Below are positions 18,057 to 27,798 of a stretch of DNA of 64,000 nucleotides, piece by piece; within the stretch, counting starts at the first letter, position 1; each line of letters begins with the position of its first letter. Origin of the DNA: an uncultured Chloroflexia bacterium (lineage in GTDB: Bacteria > Chloroflexota > Limnocylindria > Limnocylindrales > CSP1-4). The notes under the pieces are model-generated. The model had not been told where the DNA came from, made no database searches, and saw only the letters and a list, made by a program, of their open reading frames with translations. The position numbers and the translations under genes are program-made. The stretch lies in the NCBI GenBank assembly GCA_963712735.1, contig CAVQIZ010000002.1, forward strand, positions 588,387 through 652,386, read 5' to 3'.

Positions 18057-19483
18057 TGCGCATCCGTTCCGCCCTCGCGGCGCCGTTCCGACTGGCGCCG
18101 CTCGACCTCATGGCGGCGATCGCCATCGCGCTCATCGCGCTGAGCCTCGTCGCCGGCCCCGCCTTCTCTCAGGACCAGAGTCCGTCGCCCGCCCCCACGG
18201 TCGTGCTCGAGACGACGGCACCCGGGCCCACCCGTTCACCGGACGCCGTCCCCACGCCCGCAGCCAGCCCTGGGCTGGAGGCGAGCCCAGCGCCCGCAGC
18301 CAGCCGCTCTCCGGAGGCGAGCCCGGCGCCCACCCTGATGCCGGGTGCCTCGACGATCGAGGACCCCTGTGCGCCCAGGCCCACCCCGGATCCCGATGCC
18401 ACCCCCAACCCGGATGCCACCGCGCTGCCCAATCCCAATCTCTGTCCGGCGCAGCCGGGGGCCAACCCGCTCGACCTGCTGGCGTGGATCTTCACGCCCA
18501 TCTTCCAGGTCATCTTCATCGGCCTGGCCTTCCTCTACAGCGTCACCGGCGACATCGGCATCGCCATCATCCTGCTGACGATCATCATCCGGACGCTGAT
18601 GATCCCGATCTTCCGGATGCAGATCGTGTCGCAGCGAAGGATGCAGATGCTGCAGCCGGAGCTGAAGGCCATCCAGACCAAGTACAAGGGCGATCGCGCC
18701 AAGATCTCCGAGCAGCAGATGCAGCTCTACAAGGATCGCGGCGTGAACCCCGCCTCCGGCTGCCTGCCGGCGGTGCTGCAGATGGTGCTGCTGCTGCCGA
18801 TGTACCAGGTCTTCACGCAGGGCCTCAAGGCGCCCGACATCAGCTCGATGCTGCACCCCTTCGGCATCCAGCTCGTGCACCTCGAATGCCAGAACCCGGG
18901 AGATCCGTACTCGCCCTGCATCAACCCCGACATCCCCTGGCTGGCCTGGATCCCCAAGATCGACAACGGCTTCGTGTTCCCCGGCTATCCCGGTGGCCTG
19001 CCCTCGAACCAGCCCGAGATCTTCGTCATGGTCCTCGCTGGCCTGGGCCTGGGCCTGTCGCTGCTGGCCATGGTCTCGGCGCTGCTGCAGCTCATCCAGA
19101 CGCGCATGATGATGACCCGCAGCAGCGACCCTTCGCAGGCGAACCAGCAGAAGTTGTTCCTGGTGCTCCCGGCCTTCTCGCTGATCTACGGCGCCATCCT
19201 GCCGGCCGGCCTGTTCATCTACTGGATCACCACCACCGTCTTCAGCATCGTCCAGCAGTTCCTGATCAATGGCTACGGCGGGCTGTTCCCGCTGTTCGGC
19301 TGGACACCCGGCTTCGCCCAGGACCACACACCGCGGTTCCCGGTGAAGATGCCGGAACCCAAACCTGCCGCCGTGACCGCGGACGGCACCACCGAGACCA
19401 CCAAGCGCTCCACCAAGGAGAGCGCCGCGGGCACCATCAGACCGGCCAGGCGTCGTAGCCGCCGGCGAGGGAGACGTCGATGA
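18053..19483 (+). CDS. yidC: Membrane protein insertase YidC, with a ~120-aa Pro/Ala/Ser-rich N-terminal linker
   Basis: C-terminal 60-kDa-IMP core: GCLPAVLQMVLLLPMYQVF...PAGLFIYWITTTVFSIVQQ, with a basic tail. ATGA overlap with yidD. Confidence 0.92.
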   Translation: MMRIRSALAAPFRLAPLDLMAAIAIALIALSLVAGPAFSQDQSPSPAPTVVLETTAPGPTRSPDAVPTPAASPGLEASPAPAASRSPEASPAPTLMPGASTIEDPCAPRPTPDPDATPNPDATALPNPNLCPAQPGANPLDLLAWIFTPIFQVIFIGLAFLYSVTGDIGIAIILLTIIIRTLMIPIFRMQIVSQRRMQMLQPELKAIQTKYKGDRAKISEQQMQLYKDRGVNPASGCLPAVLQMVLLLPMYQVFTQGLKAPDISSMLHPFGIQLVHLECQNPGDPYSPCINPDIPWLAWIPKIDNGFVFPGYPGGLPSNQPEIFVMVLAGLGLGLSLLAMVSALLQLIQTRMMMTRSSDPSQANQQKLFLVLPAFSLIYGAILPAGLFIYWITTTVFSIVQQFLINGYGGLFPLFGWTPGFAQDHTPRFPVKMPEPKPAAVTADGTTETTKRSTKESAAGTIRPARRRSRRRGRRR

Positions 19484-20436
19484 GCGAATACCAGGAGTTC
19501 ACGGGCAAGACCGTCGAGGAGGCCCTCAAGAACGCACGCGAGCAGTTCGGCGTGAGCGGCCTGCAGGACCTCGACTTCGAGATCCTGACACAGGGCAGCC
19601 GCGGGGTGCTGGGCATGGGCGCCGAGCTGGCGCGCATCATCGCCGCGCCGCGCTCGGCGCTCGGCGGTGCCGCCCCCCGGAAGGAGGCCGCCCAGGCTGC
19701 GCCGACTCCGCCGCCGGCCCCACGCCCCGAAGAACGTCCCGCTGAGGCCGCGCCGCCGGTGCGCGAGGAGAAGCCGCGTGAGGCGCGTGAGCCGCGACCG
19801 CAGCGGCGCAGCGAGCGCGGCGGCGACGGTGCCGAACGACGCCGCAGCCGCTCAGGCAGCCGCACGGGCGAGACATCCACGGTCAGCGGGGCCGCAGCGA
19901 CCGAGGTCGAGGCGGCCGTGGCTGCCGGCTCCGCCGCCAAGCCGGAGCCGTCGCAGGACTCCGAGGCATCGCCGGAGGCGCTCGAGGCCGGCAGGCAGAT
20001 CGTGGCGCAGCTGGTCGAGATGATGGGTTACGACGCCAATGTCGAAGTGACCACCGGCGCGACCGCCAAGATCACCGTCTACGGAGCGGACGATGAGGAG
20101 AAGGAGGCGCTGGGCGCGCTGATCGGTCGCAAGGGTGAGCGACTCTCGGCGCTGCAACACCTGGTCAACCTCATGCTCTCGCGCAAGATGGGCACCTGGA
20201 CGCGCGTCCTCGTCGATGTCGAGGATTATCGCGGCCGCCGCGAGCGCCAGCTCACCGAGGTCGCGACCCGAGCGGCGCAGCGCGTCAACGAGACCGGCCA
20301 GATGCTGCAGCTGGAGCCGATGTCGGCGCTCGAGCGCCGCTGGGTCCATCTCGCGCTGCGCGACGTTGACGGCATCACCACCCAGTCGATCGGCGAGGAG
20401 CCCACGCGGCGAGTGGTCGTGCTCAAGAGCAGCTAG
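19480..20436 (+). CDS. jag: Jag/KhpB RNA-binding protein (Jag_N, KH, R3H)
   Basis: YQEFTGKTVEEALKNAREQFGV (Jag_N)...central Arg/Glu/Pro-rich spacer...MSALERRWVHLAL (R3H). Position is directly after yidC. Confidence 0.9.
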   Translation: MSEYQEFTGKTVEEALKNAREQFGVSGLQDLDFEILTQGSRGVLGMGAELARIIAAPRSALGGAAPRKEAAQAAPTPPPAPRPEERPAEAAPPVREEKPREAREPRPQRRSERGGDGAERRRSRSGSRTGETSTVSGAAATEVEAAVAAGSAAKPEPSQDSEASPEALEAGRQIVAQLVEMMGYDANVEVTTGATAKITVYGADDEEKEALGALIGRKGERLSALQHLVNLMLSRKMGTWTRVLVDVEDYRGRRERQLTEVATRAAQRVNETGQMLQLEPMSALERRWVHLALRDVDGITTQSIGEEPTRRVVVLKSS

Positions 20437-20482
20437 CGCCGCAGGCACCGGAGCGCCCGCACACGGGAGCGCCCGCGCACGC

Positions 20483-20516
20483 GACACGACCCCGTCGGCC
20501 ATGACGGGGTCGTGTC
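20483..20516. terminator. Perfect 14-bp stem hairpin between convergent jag and ssrA (likely bidirectional terminator)
   Basis: GACACGACCCCGTC-ggccat-GACGGGGTCGTGTC followed by TT. Lies 47 nt after the jag stop and 14 nt beyond the tmRNA CCA end. Confidence 0.6.
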
Positions 20517-20529
20517 TTCAGTAGCGTGT

Positions 20530-20905
20530 TGGTGGAGATGGGGGAGAGTCGAACTCCCCGTCCAGAACCTTCTGCCGAAGACCACTACGAGCGTATCCGA
20601 TGGTTTGTCGTCGATCCTGCAGTCCGGCATCGGCACCGTGCCGCAGGATCCAGTCACGTCCCCTTGCGGGCTTGACTCCGGGCTACGTGACGCTGACCCG
20701 AAGCGCATCCTCGCTGAATGACGCTTCCACAGCCCGCGAGGACGAGGCTGCTTCCACGCTCACCTTACAGCCTTAGGCTGCGAGGGCGAGAGCAGGCTGG
20801 CGGTTGTTGCCAGTTACTTCTAGGTTGCCGCCTGTTTAACGAGGCCTGACGGCACCTCGGCTCGCACTCTTCGGGGTTCGGGCCCTGTCGAGACCACGCA
20901 TCCCC
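20530..20905 (-). ncRNA. ssrA: tmRNA (SsrA), 376 nt
   Basis: 5' GGGGAUGCGUGGUCUCGACAGGGCC and 3' GGACGGGGAGUUCGACUCUCCCCCAUCUCCACCA, with a G3:U pair in the acceptor stem. Tag reading frame GGC AAC AAC CGC CAG CCT GCT CTC GCC CTC GCA GCC TAA = GNNRQPALALAA (about 20773-20811). Confidence 0.93.
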
Positions 20906-20963
20906 ACTGGACCTCAGATGATAGCAGTCGAACGTCTGTTCTGTCTAGGCCCTGGATGGTCGC

Positions 20964-21425
20964 TCAACGGCCGCGCATGGCATCGGCGACCTCGCGGTCC
21001 ATGTCCCGCTTGGCGTCGCGCGTAGCGATGTCACGCCGGTGGTCGTAGTGCTTCTTGCCGCGCGCAAGGCCCAGCTCCACCTTGGCCTTGCCGCGATCGT
21101 TGAAGTAGATGCTGAGCGGGACGATGGTGAGCCCCTTGGCCTTGGTGCGGCCGACCAGCTCGTCGATCTGGCGTCGATGCAGCAGCAGCTTGCGCGTGCG
21201 CAACGGCTCATGGTTGTTCCGGTTGCCGCCCGCCCAGGGGGCGATGTGCACCCCGACCAGCCACGCCTCGCCGCGTTCGATGCGGGCATAGGCATCCTTG
21301 AGGTTGAGATTGCTGTCACGCACCGACTTGATCTCGGTGCCGGTCAGCTCGATCCCGGCCTCGAGGGTGTCCTCGATGGTGTACAGGTGGCGGGCTTTGC
21401 GGTTCTGGGCGACGGTCTTGCCCAA
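20964..21425 (-). CDS. smpB: SsrA-binding protein SmpB
   Basis: [29 protein letters not shown]...[21 protein letters not shown] 21425 is preceded by AAGGAG 6 nt upstream. The ORF track extends to GTG 21533. Confidence 0.88.
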   Translation of the reverse strand: MGKTVAQNRKARHLYTIEDTLEAGIELTGTEIKSVRDSNLNLKDAYARIERGEAWLVGVHIAPWAGGNRNNHEPLRTRKLLLHRRQIDELVGRTKAKGLTIVPLSIYFNDRGKAKVELGLARGKKHYDHRRDIATRDAKRDMDREVADAMRGR

Positions 21426-21491
21426 CGTCGGGCTCCTTGGTGTGGTGTGGCCGCGAGTGGCGGCGTGCCTCAGGGTCTCACAGACGAACGA

Positions 21492-21515
21492 ACGCCGGCC
21501 CGAGAGGGCCGGCGT
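21492..21515 (-). terminator. GC-rich hairpin with tetraloop followed by a U-rich tract (minus strand), between the S41 protease gene and smpB
   Basis: ACGCCGGCCC-GAGA-GGGCCGGCGT. On the minus strand it is followed by TCGTTCGTCTGTG. Confidence 0.35.
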
Positions 21516-21685
21516 CCTCGTGGCATACACCACCCGGTCGGCTCGACTAGCGCCGAACCTCCGAGGCGGTGCAGCTACTTAAACGACTATCCATTGCACA
21601 CCACCTCCTTTCGTTCGCGGGAACGGTACCCGATGTGTCGCCTCCCGGCAAGTGCTCCCTTCACACCGCCGAGCAGCAGCCGCGG

Positions 21686-23140
21686 TCAGGGGGCGAGGGG
21701 TGACGCCGCAGGCGTGGATCCGCCGGTCGCGGACGGCGTTGACGCGGGCGTCGGTGTCCCCGGCTCGGGCGCCAACGGCGTCGGCGTGGCGAAGGGACTG
21801 GCGCCGGGGCCGGAACTCGGCAGCGGCTGTTCCAGCAGGCGGGCGATGGCAGCCTGCAGCTGGTCGTCCTGCAGCGGATCGGCAGCGGCGATGCTCGGAC
21901 GGTAGCGCTCCTCGCCGCCCGCCACTTCGACATCGGGCTGGATGCCCGTGCCGTCGACCCAGGTCTTGTTGCGGGTCAACCACTTTGCCACCGAGAGACG
22001 GAAGCCCCCGTTGTTGCCGGGCAGTTCGGTCCACTCCTGGACGGTGCCCTTGCCGAACGAGCGCTCCCCCACCAGCTCCGCCCGGCCGTCATCCTGCAGC
22101 GCGCCTGCCAGGATCTCGCTGGCGGACGCCGAGCCGCCGTTCAGCAGCACCACCACCTTGATGTTCCGGTCGACGGCCAACCCGCCCTCGATCACCTCCA
22201 CCGCTGTCTGTCGTCCGGCCGCATCCTCCTCCCAGAAGACGGCGCCATCACCGAGGAACTGGCTGCTGATGGCTACGGTGGCATCCACGAAGCCGCCCGG
22301 ATCGTCGCGCACATCCACGATGATCCGCTTGAGCCCGGCGTCGATATGCTCCCCCAGTGCCGCCGCGAAACGATCGGCGGCATTGACGCCGAAGCTGTCG
22401 ATGGCGAGGTAGCCGACCTGGCCATCGGCCAGCACCGCGCTATGCACGTCCTCGCTCACGACCCTGTCGCGTGTGATGGTCAACTCCAGCGGCTGGCCGT
22501 CACGCAGCACGGCCAGCGTCACCTCGCTGCCGCGTGGACCGCGGATGAGCCGGACGGAGTCGTCGATCGTGCTGCCATCCAGCGAGACGTCGTCGACGCC
22601 GGTGACGACATCGCCGGCGAGCAGCCCCGCTGCCTCCGCCGGAGCGCCGGTGAGGACGTCGATGACCCGCAGCCCACAGTCATCGCCGACGGGCTCGCAG
22701 GGCGCGCCCGATGCGTCCTCGGTAGCCATCACCGCGCCCACGCCCTCGAACTCGCCGCGCGCGTCGTCGAGCGCGGCATCGAACTCGTCGGAGCGCATGT
22801 AGCGTGAGTTGGGGTCGCCGAGCACGTCGAACATGCCGATGATGGCCCCCTCCACGAGGTCCTCGGGGGCCGGTGTTCCGATGTACTGGTCGGTGATGAT
22901 GCGATAGGTCTCGCTGAAGGCCTCGACCGCGGCCCGTTCGTCGGCGCTGCGTCCGCTGGTCTGGCTGCCGAGGCTGAGGCCGGCCCAGAAGACCACGGCC
23001 GCCGAGATGACGAGCAGGACCATGGCCGTCAGGCCGACCGTGGGCCCACGCGCGGACGTGTCCGGCTGCGGCGTCGACGACGGGCTCGACGACGGGCCTG
23101 GCGTCGCTGGCTGCTGCGGCGGCTCGAGCGGGGTGTTCAT
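21686..23140 (-). CDS. S41 family C-terminal processing peptidase (Ctp-like) with PDZ domain
   Basis: LLNGGSASASEILAGALQD (catalytic Ser motif) and GERSFGKGTVQ (catalytic Lys). N-terminal TM anchor. ATG 23140 chosen; GTG 23203 is the alternative. Confidence 0.88.
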   Translation of the reverse strand: MNTPLEPPQQPATPGPSSSPSSTPQPDTSARGPTVGLTAMVLLVISAAVVFWAGLSLGSQTSGRSADERAAVEAFSETYRIITDQYIGTPAPEDLVEGAIIGMFDVLGDPNSRYMRSDEFDAALDDARGEFEGVGAVMATEDASGAPCEPVGDDCGLRVIDVLTGAPAEAAGLLAGDVVTGVDDVSLDGSTIDDSVRLIRGPRGSEVTLAVLRDGQPLELTITRDRVVSEDVHSAVLADGQVGYLAIDSFGVNAADRFAAALGEHIDAGLKRIIVDVRDDPGGFVDATVAISSQFLGDGAVFWEEDAAGRQTAVEVIEGGLAVDRNIKVVVLLNGGSASASEILAGALQDDGRAELVGERSFGKGTVQEWTELPGNNGGFRLSVAKWLTRNKTWVDGTGIQPDVEVAGGEERYRPSIAAADPLQDDQLQAAIARLLEQPLPSSGPGASPFATPTPLAPEPGTPTPASTPSATGGSTPAASPLAP

Positions 23141-23159
23141 GCTGCTGTCAAGGGTGCCG

Positions 23160-24044
23160 CTAGCGGAGGTACGTGCGTACGCTGATCCAGGCGCCCACGC
23201 CACCGAGCCCGAGGCCGGCGCCGATGACGATGCCCATGATCTGCAGGGTCAGCGACTGGTCGAAGCCGAGTGGTACTGAGCCCGCGATATCGCTGGCCAA
23301 GTCGCTGATGGGCGGCGACGCGACCAGCAGGAGCAGTAGCGTGATGAAGGCTCCGGCAAGGCCGATGAAGACACCCTCGAGGATGAACGGCCAGCGCACA
23401 TAGCGGTCGGAGGCGCCCACCAGGCGCATGATCTCGATCTCCTGCGAGCGCGCCATCAACGCCATGCGGATGCTGTTGATGACGATGAGCAGCACCGTCA
23501 GGCCGGCGAAACCCAGCACCACGACGCCCAGATTGCGCAGCTGCGACGTCAGGCTGACGAGCTTGTCGATGCCGCTCTGCTGATCTGGCACGAAGCGCAC
23601 CAGGCCGGTCTCCGCGCGTAGCATGTCCGTCACGGCCTGGGACTCTCGCGGGTTTCGCAGCTCGACGGTGAGATACGCCGGCAAGGGGTTGTTCAGGCCG
23701 GTGTACACGCTGGTGTCCTGGCCCTCGGCTTCGCGATCGGCGATGAACGTCGCAAGCGCCTCTTCCTTGCTTGTGTAGGTCACGAAGGCCACCTCGTCGA
23801 GTGCCTCCACCCGTGCCTGCAACTCGGTGATCCGATCTTCCAGCAGGCCGTCGTGCAGCTCGGCGCGGACCTCTACCCGCGATTCCACGTATGAGAGCCC
23901 CGACTGCACGCCGGAGATGAGGATGACCAGCGCCGCCAGCATGAGCAACATCAGGATCATCGTGACCGTGGCGGCGATGTTCATGACGCGGTTGCGCCAC
24001 AGGCCCTGCAGTGACTGGCGTACGGAGAAGCGCACGAAGTGCAT
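23160..24044 (-). CDS. ftsX: Cell division permease-like protein FtsX
   Basis: MHFVRFSVRQSLQGLWRNRVMNIAATVTMILMLL and four TM helices. Directly downstream of ftsE. Confidence 0.9.
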   Translation of the reverse strand: MHFVRFSVRQSLQGLWRNRVMNIAATVTMILMLLMLAALVILISGVQSGLSYVESRVEVRAELHDGLLEDRITELQARVEALDEVAFVTYTSKEEALATFIADREAEGQDTSVYTGLNNPLPAYLTVELRNPRESQAVTDMLRAETGLVRFVPDQQSGIDKLVSLTSQLRNLGVVVLGFAGLTVLLIVINSIRMALMARSQEIEIMRLVGASDRYVRWPFILEGVFIGLAGAFITLLLLLVASPPISDLASDIAGSVPLGFDQSLTLQIMGIVIGAGLGLGGVGAWISVRTYLR

Positions 24045-24056
24045 CAGGCCGCCCTC

Positions 24057-24737
24057 TCAGTACTCACGGTGGTAGCCGCCGACCTCGTCGCGCACCACGC
24101 GGCCATCCTCGAGCGCCACCACGCGCCGTCGCAACGCGGTCACGACCTCGGCGTCGTGCGTGGCCATCATCACGGTCGTGCCCATCTCGTTGATGCGCAA
24201 CAGCAACTGGATGATCTCCCAGGAGATGAGGGGGTCCAGGTTGCCGGTGGGCTCGTCGGCGATGATGAGGCGTGGGTCGTGGACCATCGCCCGGGCGATG
24301 GCCGTGCGCTGCTGCTCTCCTCCGGAGAGCTGGTCCGGCCGCTGGCGTGCCTGCTCGGTGAGGCCCACGAGTGCCAGCGCACGCTCCACCGCCGGCTCCA
24401 TCAGCTTGCGCGGCGTGCCGGTGACCTCCAGCGCGAAGGCCACGTTCTCCTGGACCGTCTTGCGCGGCAGCAGGCGGAAGTCCTGGAAGACGATGCCGAT
24501 GCGCCGGCGCAGCAGCGGCACCTCCCGCTTCTTCATGCGGCCCAGGTCGTGTCCCGCCACCTCGACCCGCCCTTCGCTGGCGGTCTCGTCTCGTACCAGC
24601 AGCTTGATGAGCGTGGACTTGCCGGCGCCAGACGGTCCCACGAGGAAGATGAAGTCCCCTTCAGGGATGACGAGGTCGACGTTGATGAGCGCCTGCTTGC
24701 CGTTGGGGTAGGTCTTGGTGACGCCCTCCAGGCGCAC
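24057..24737 (-). CDS. ftsE: Cell division ATP-binding protein FtsE
   Basis: VRLEGVTKTYPNGKQALINVDLVIPEGDFIFLVGPSGAGKSTLIKLL...LSGGEQQRTAIARA. GTG 24737 gives the typical ~226 aa. The ORF stays open upstream (GTG 24752, ATG 24887, GTG 24920) as a Pro-rich stretch, which may be an N-terminal extension or just leader sequence. Confidence 0.85.
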   Translation of the reverse strand: MRLEGVTKTYPNGKQALINVDLVIPEGDFIFLVGPSGAGKSTLIKLLVRDETASEGRVEVAGHDLGRMKKREVPLLRRRIGIVFQDFRLLPRKTVQENVAFALEVTGTPRKLMEPAVERALALVGLTEQARQRPDQLSGGEQQRTAIARAMVHDPRLIIADEPTGNLDPLISWEIIQLLLRINEMGTTVMMATHDAEVVTALRRRVVALEDGRVVRDEVGGYHREY

Positions 24738-24935
24738 GGAATCGTGCCTCACAGGCGGAGGCAGCGGCTGTCCTGGAACGGGTGCTCCGGGCGTCACGGG
24801 TCCAGGTGCGGCTGGGGCTGGCAGCTGGTCGGGCCGGGGTGCTCCTGCGGGTGGCCCGGCGACGGCCCGGGAAACGGCGTCGCTCATCGGCCGGGAGCGT
24901 AGCACAGGGTCCGGGAGCACCCATTCGGTGCGTCC

Positions 24936-25766
24936 TTAGCGCCGGGCCAGCTCGGCGAGGACGGAGTCGTGCAGTCGGCCGTTGGTGGCCAGCACGCCGC
25001 GGGCCGGCATGTCGTCGCCGCCGACCAGGTCGGTCACGTGCGCACCGGCGTGCCGCATCACGGCCAGCGGGCCGGCCAGGTCCCACAGCTTCAGCTCCGA
25101 CTCGAGCATGACCTCGGCAGCGCCCTCGGCCACGAGCATGTAGCCGTAGAAGTCACCCAGGCCGCGATCGCGCCAGACCTCGCCCAGCAAGCGCCCGAAA
25201 CCCGGCGCCAATCCCGACGCCACGATGCTGGGGTAGGACGAATACACCACGGACGCCTCGTCGAGGGACCCCACCCGTGAGACCGACAGCGACGCTGCCG
25301 ACGACCGGTCCCAGCCGCCGGGCACGGTGTCCACGGCCCAGGCACCCCCGCCCTGCCAGCTGAACCAGCGCCGGTGCAGGGCCGGCGCGCTGACCGCGCC
25401 GACGGCCATCTCGCCGTCGATCTCCAGCGCCAGCAGGGTGGCGTAGACGGGGATGCCGCGCATGTAGTTGTGGGTGCCGTCGATGGGGTCGATGATCCAA
25501 CGCCGGCCACTCTGCGACGGCTCAACCCCGTACTCCTCGCCCACCAGGCCGTGATCGGGGAAGCGTGCCGTGATGCGTGCCCGGATGGCCCGCTCGACGG
25601 CCGTGTCGGCGGCGGTGACGAAGGAGGCATCGGGCTTGGCCTCGACGGCGATGGTGCGGCGGAACGATGCCAGCGAGATGGCGTCGGCCTCGTCACAGGC
25701 CGCGAGGGCGGTCTCCACAGCCGCGCCGATCTCGGTGCTGGTGTCGGGCAGGATCATCTCGGCCAT
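24936..25766 (-). CDS. Inositol monophosphatase family protein (IMPase/HisN-like)
   Basis: FVTAADTAVERAIRARITARFPDHGLVGEEYG...WIIDPIDGTHNYMRGIP...WDLAG are the classic IMPase motifs. Confidence 0.88.
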   Translation of the reverse strand: MAEMILPDTSTEIGAAVETALAACDEADAISLASFRRTIAVEAKPDASFVTAADTAVERAIRARITARFPDHGLVGEEYGVEPSQSGRRWIIDPIDGTHNYMRGIPVYATLLALEIDGEMAVGAVSAPALHRRWFSWQGGGAWAVDTVPGGWDRSSAASLSVSRVGSLDEASVVYSSYPSIVASGLAPGFGRLLGEVWRDRGLGDFYGYMLVAEGAAEVMLESELKLWDLAGPLAVMRHAGAHVTDLVGGDDMPARGVLATNGRLHDSVLAELARR

Positions 25767-25792
25767 CTTGGTCTCTCCGGTGCTGGTATCGG

Positions 25793-26677
25793 CTAGAGCA
25801 GCGCGTAGCTCATGGGGATGTAGCGGTCGAGACGTGGCCCGGGGCCCTGCGAGCAGTAGATGGCGGGCGTGGTGTCGATGCGCAGACCCGCCAGCAGCAG
25901 CACACGCAGGGCATCGATGGCATGGCCCGGGACCACCAGCTGTCGACCCTCCAGCACGGGCGTGATGTGGGCGAGGTAGCCGACGAACGCCGGCAGCAGG
26001 CGCGCTTCACGCGCGGCGACCGGGCCGATGCGCCCACTCCGGTGGGCGTAGCCGTAGCCGAGGAGCGCACCGTCGGCGTCCTCGAAGAGGACTCCCTGGC
26101 GCTCGCGGGCCCAGAAGACGTGGTCCTGCGGCCGCTCGTAGCCGATCAGCTCGCGGTCGAACGCCGCTACCATCCCGGCCGTGAACGGTCGCCGCCCTAT
26201 CGCGGGCGGCAGCTCCGGCATGGCGGACTGCGCGAGGCTGCCGCGCAGCAGGTACATCGGGACGCTGGGGGCGAGGCCGGCAGAGGCATAGAGTCCCGTC
26301 GAAACGGGTTGGTCGGCCTCGGCGCAGGTGGCGACATAGCCGCTGTCGCCGGCACCCCGGAGGCAGGCGTCCAGCACCGCGCGACCGAGATGGTGGCCCT
26401 GCCAGGCGGGTTCGACGAAGAGGAAGGACAGGAAGGCGGCGGGACCACGCCGCATCACGACACCGAAGGCGACGACGCGGCCATGATCGTCGGCGACGTA
26501 GCTGCTCCGTGGGTCGGTCGTGAGCAGGTGCCCGAAATGCATCTCGAGCGGTGCCGCGTTGCGTGGCTGCAGCGGCCGGCCTCGGCGCCCATCGAGGTCC
26601 TCCATGGCATGGAAGAAGACCTCCAGCATGGCCGGGATGTCGGCGGCCGTGGCCTCCCTGAGGTCAGGCAGTGCCAC
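25793..26677 (-). CDS. GNAT family N-acetyltransferase
   Basis: VAFGVVMRRGPAAFLSFLFVEPAWQGHHLGRAVLDACL is an acetyl-CoA binding motif A. 294 aa. Overlaps the prfB 3' end by 14 nt. Confidence 0.75.
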   Translation of the reverse strand: MALPDLREATAADIPAMLEVFFHAMEDLDGRRGRPLQPRNAAPLEMHFGHLLTTDPRSSYVADDHGRVVAFGVVMRRGPAAFLSFLFVEPAWQGHHLGRAVLDACLRGAGDSGYVATCAEADQPVSTGLYASAGLAPSVPMYLLRGSLAQSAMPELPPAIGRRPFTAGMVAAFDRELIGYERPQDHVFWARERQGVLFEDADGALLGYGYAHRSGRIGPVAAREARLLPAFVGYLAHITPVLEGRQLVVPGHAIDALRVLLLAGLRIDTTPAIYCSQGPGPRLDRYIPMSYALL

Positions 26678-27777
26678 CCTCCCGCTCGGTGGCCACGCGC
26701 TCCAGCTCGGCCACCATGAAGGCGTCGAGGTCCCCGTCGAGCACGGCGCTGGTGTTGCCGGTCTCGTAGTCGGTGCGGTGGTCCTTGACCATCTGGTACG
26801 GGTGCAGCACGTAGGAGCGGATCTGGTTGCCCCAGCCGGCCTCCTTGTGCTCGCCCTTGAGCTCGCGGATCTCCGCCTCGCGCTCCTCGATGCGGCGCTC
26901 CAGCAGGCGCGCCAGCAGGATCTTCATGGCCGCTTCGCGATTCTGGTGCTGTGAGCGCTCGTTCTGGCTCTGGGCCACGATACCGGTGGGAATGTGTGTC
27001 AGCCGCACGGCCGAGTCGGTCTTGTTGACATGCTGACCGCCGGCGCCCTGGGCGCGATAGGTATCCACCTTGAGGTCGTCGTCAGGGATGTCCTCGATCT
27101 CCGCCGCGGCCTCTACCTCGGGCAGCACCTCCACCTGCACGAACGTCGTGTGGCGGCGGCTTTGGGAGTCGTACGGGCTGATGCGCACGAGGCGATGGAC
27201 CCCCGCCTCGGCTCGCAACCAGCCGTAGGCGCGCCGGCCCTGGACCGACACTGTGGCGCTCTTGATGCCGGTTTCCTCCCCCTCCAGGCGATCGACGATC
27301 TCGGTGGAGAAGCCGCGCCGCTCACACCAGCGCAGGTACATCCGCAGCAGCATCTCGGCCCAGTCGGTGGCCTCGGTGCCACCGGCACCGGCGCTGATGC
27401 TGATGAAGGCGTCCGAGTCGTCGTAGTCACCACTGAACAGCAGGCTGGTGCGCATACGCTCGTAGTCGGCTTCGACGGCGGCGTACTCCGCCTCCACGCC
27501 GGCGTCGAGTTCGCCGTCGCCGGCCTCGGCCGCCAGCTCGGCCAGTTCGGCGAGGTCATCCGCCCGCGCCAGCAGCCCGTTCCAGGCCGCCAGCTCCTCG
27601 CGCAGTCCGTCGGCTGTGCGCAGCACGCGCTTGGCCTCGCGGGAGTCGTTCCAGAACTCGGGCTCGGACGCGCGCGCGTCCAGCTCGGTCAGCTGGCTGG
27701 CCTTGCCGGCGAGGTCAAAGACGCCCCGACGTCGAGTGCACGCGTGACACCAGGTCACGGATCAGCGCGTGGTCCAT
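26664..27777 (-). CDS. prfB: Peptide chain release factor 2 with programmed +1 frameshift (frame 0 at 27777..27718, T27717 skipped, then 27716..26664)
   Basis: ATG 27777 gives MDHALIRDLVSRVHSTSGRL, then in-frame TGA (27717-27715) in the context GGGGCGT CTT TGA C. The +1 frame continues DLAGKASQLTELDARASEPEFWND...SPYDSQSRRHTTF...GAGGQHVN. Confidence 0.93.
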
Positions 27778-27798
27778 CGGCGGTCGGGGTCGGGGGCG

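Noticed and set aside
21602-21612. Plus-strand CACCTCCTTTC, identical to the 3' tail of 16S rRNA.
   Set aside because: There is no flanking rRNA-like sequence. It is simply the complement of a strong Shine-Dalgarno (AGGAGGTG) on the minus strand.
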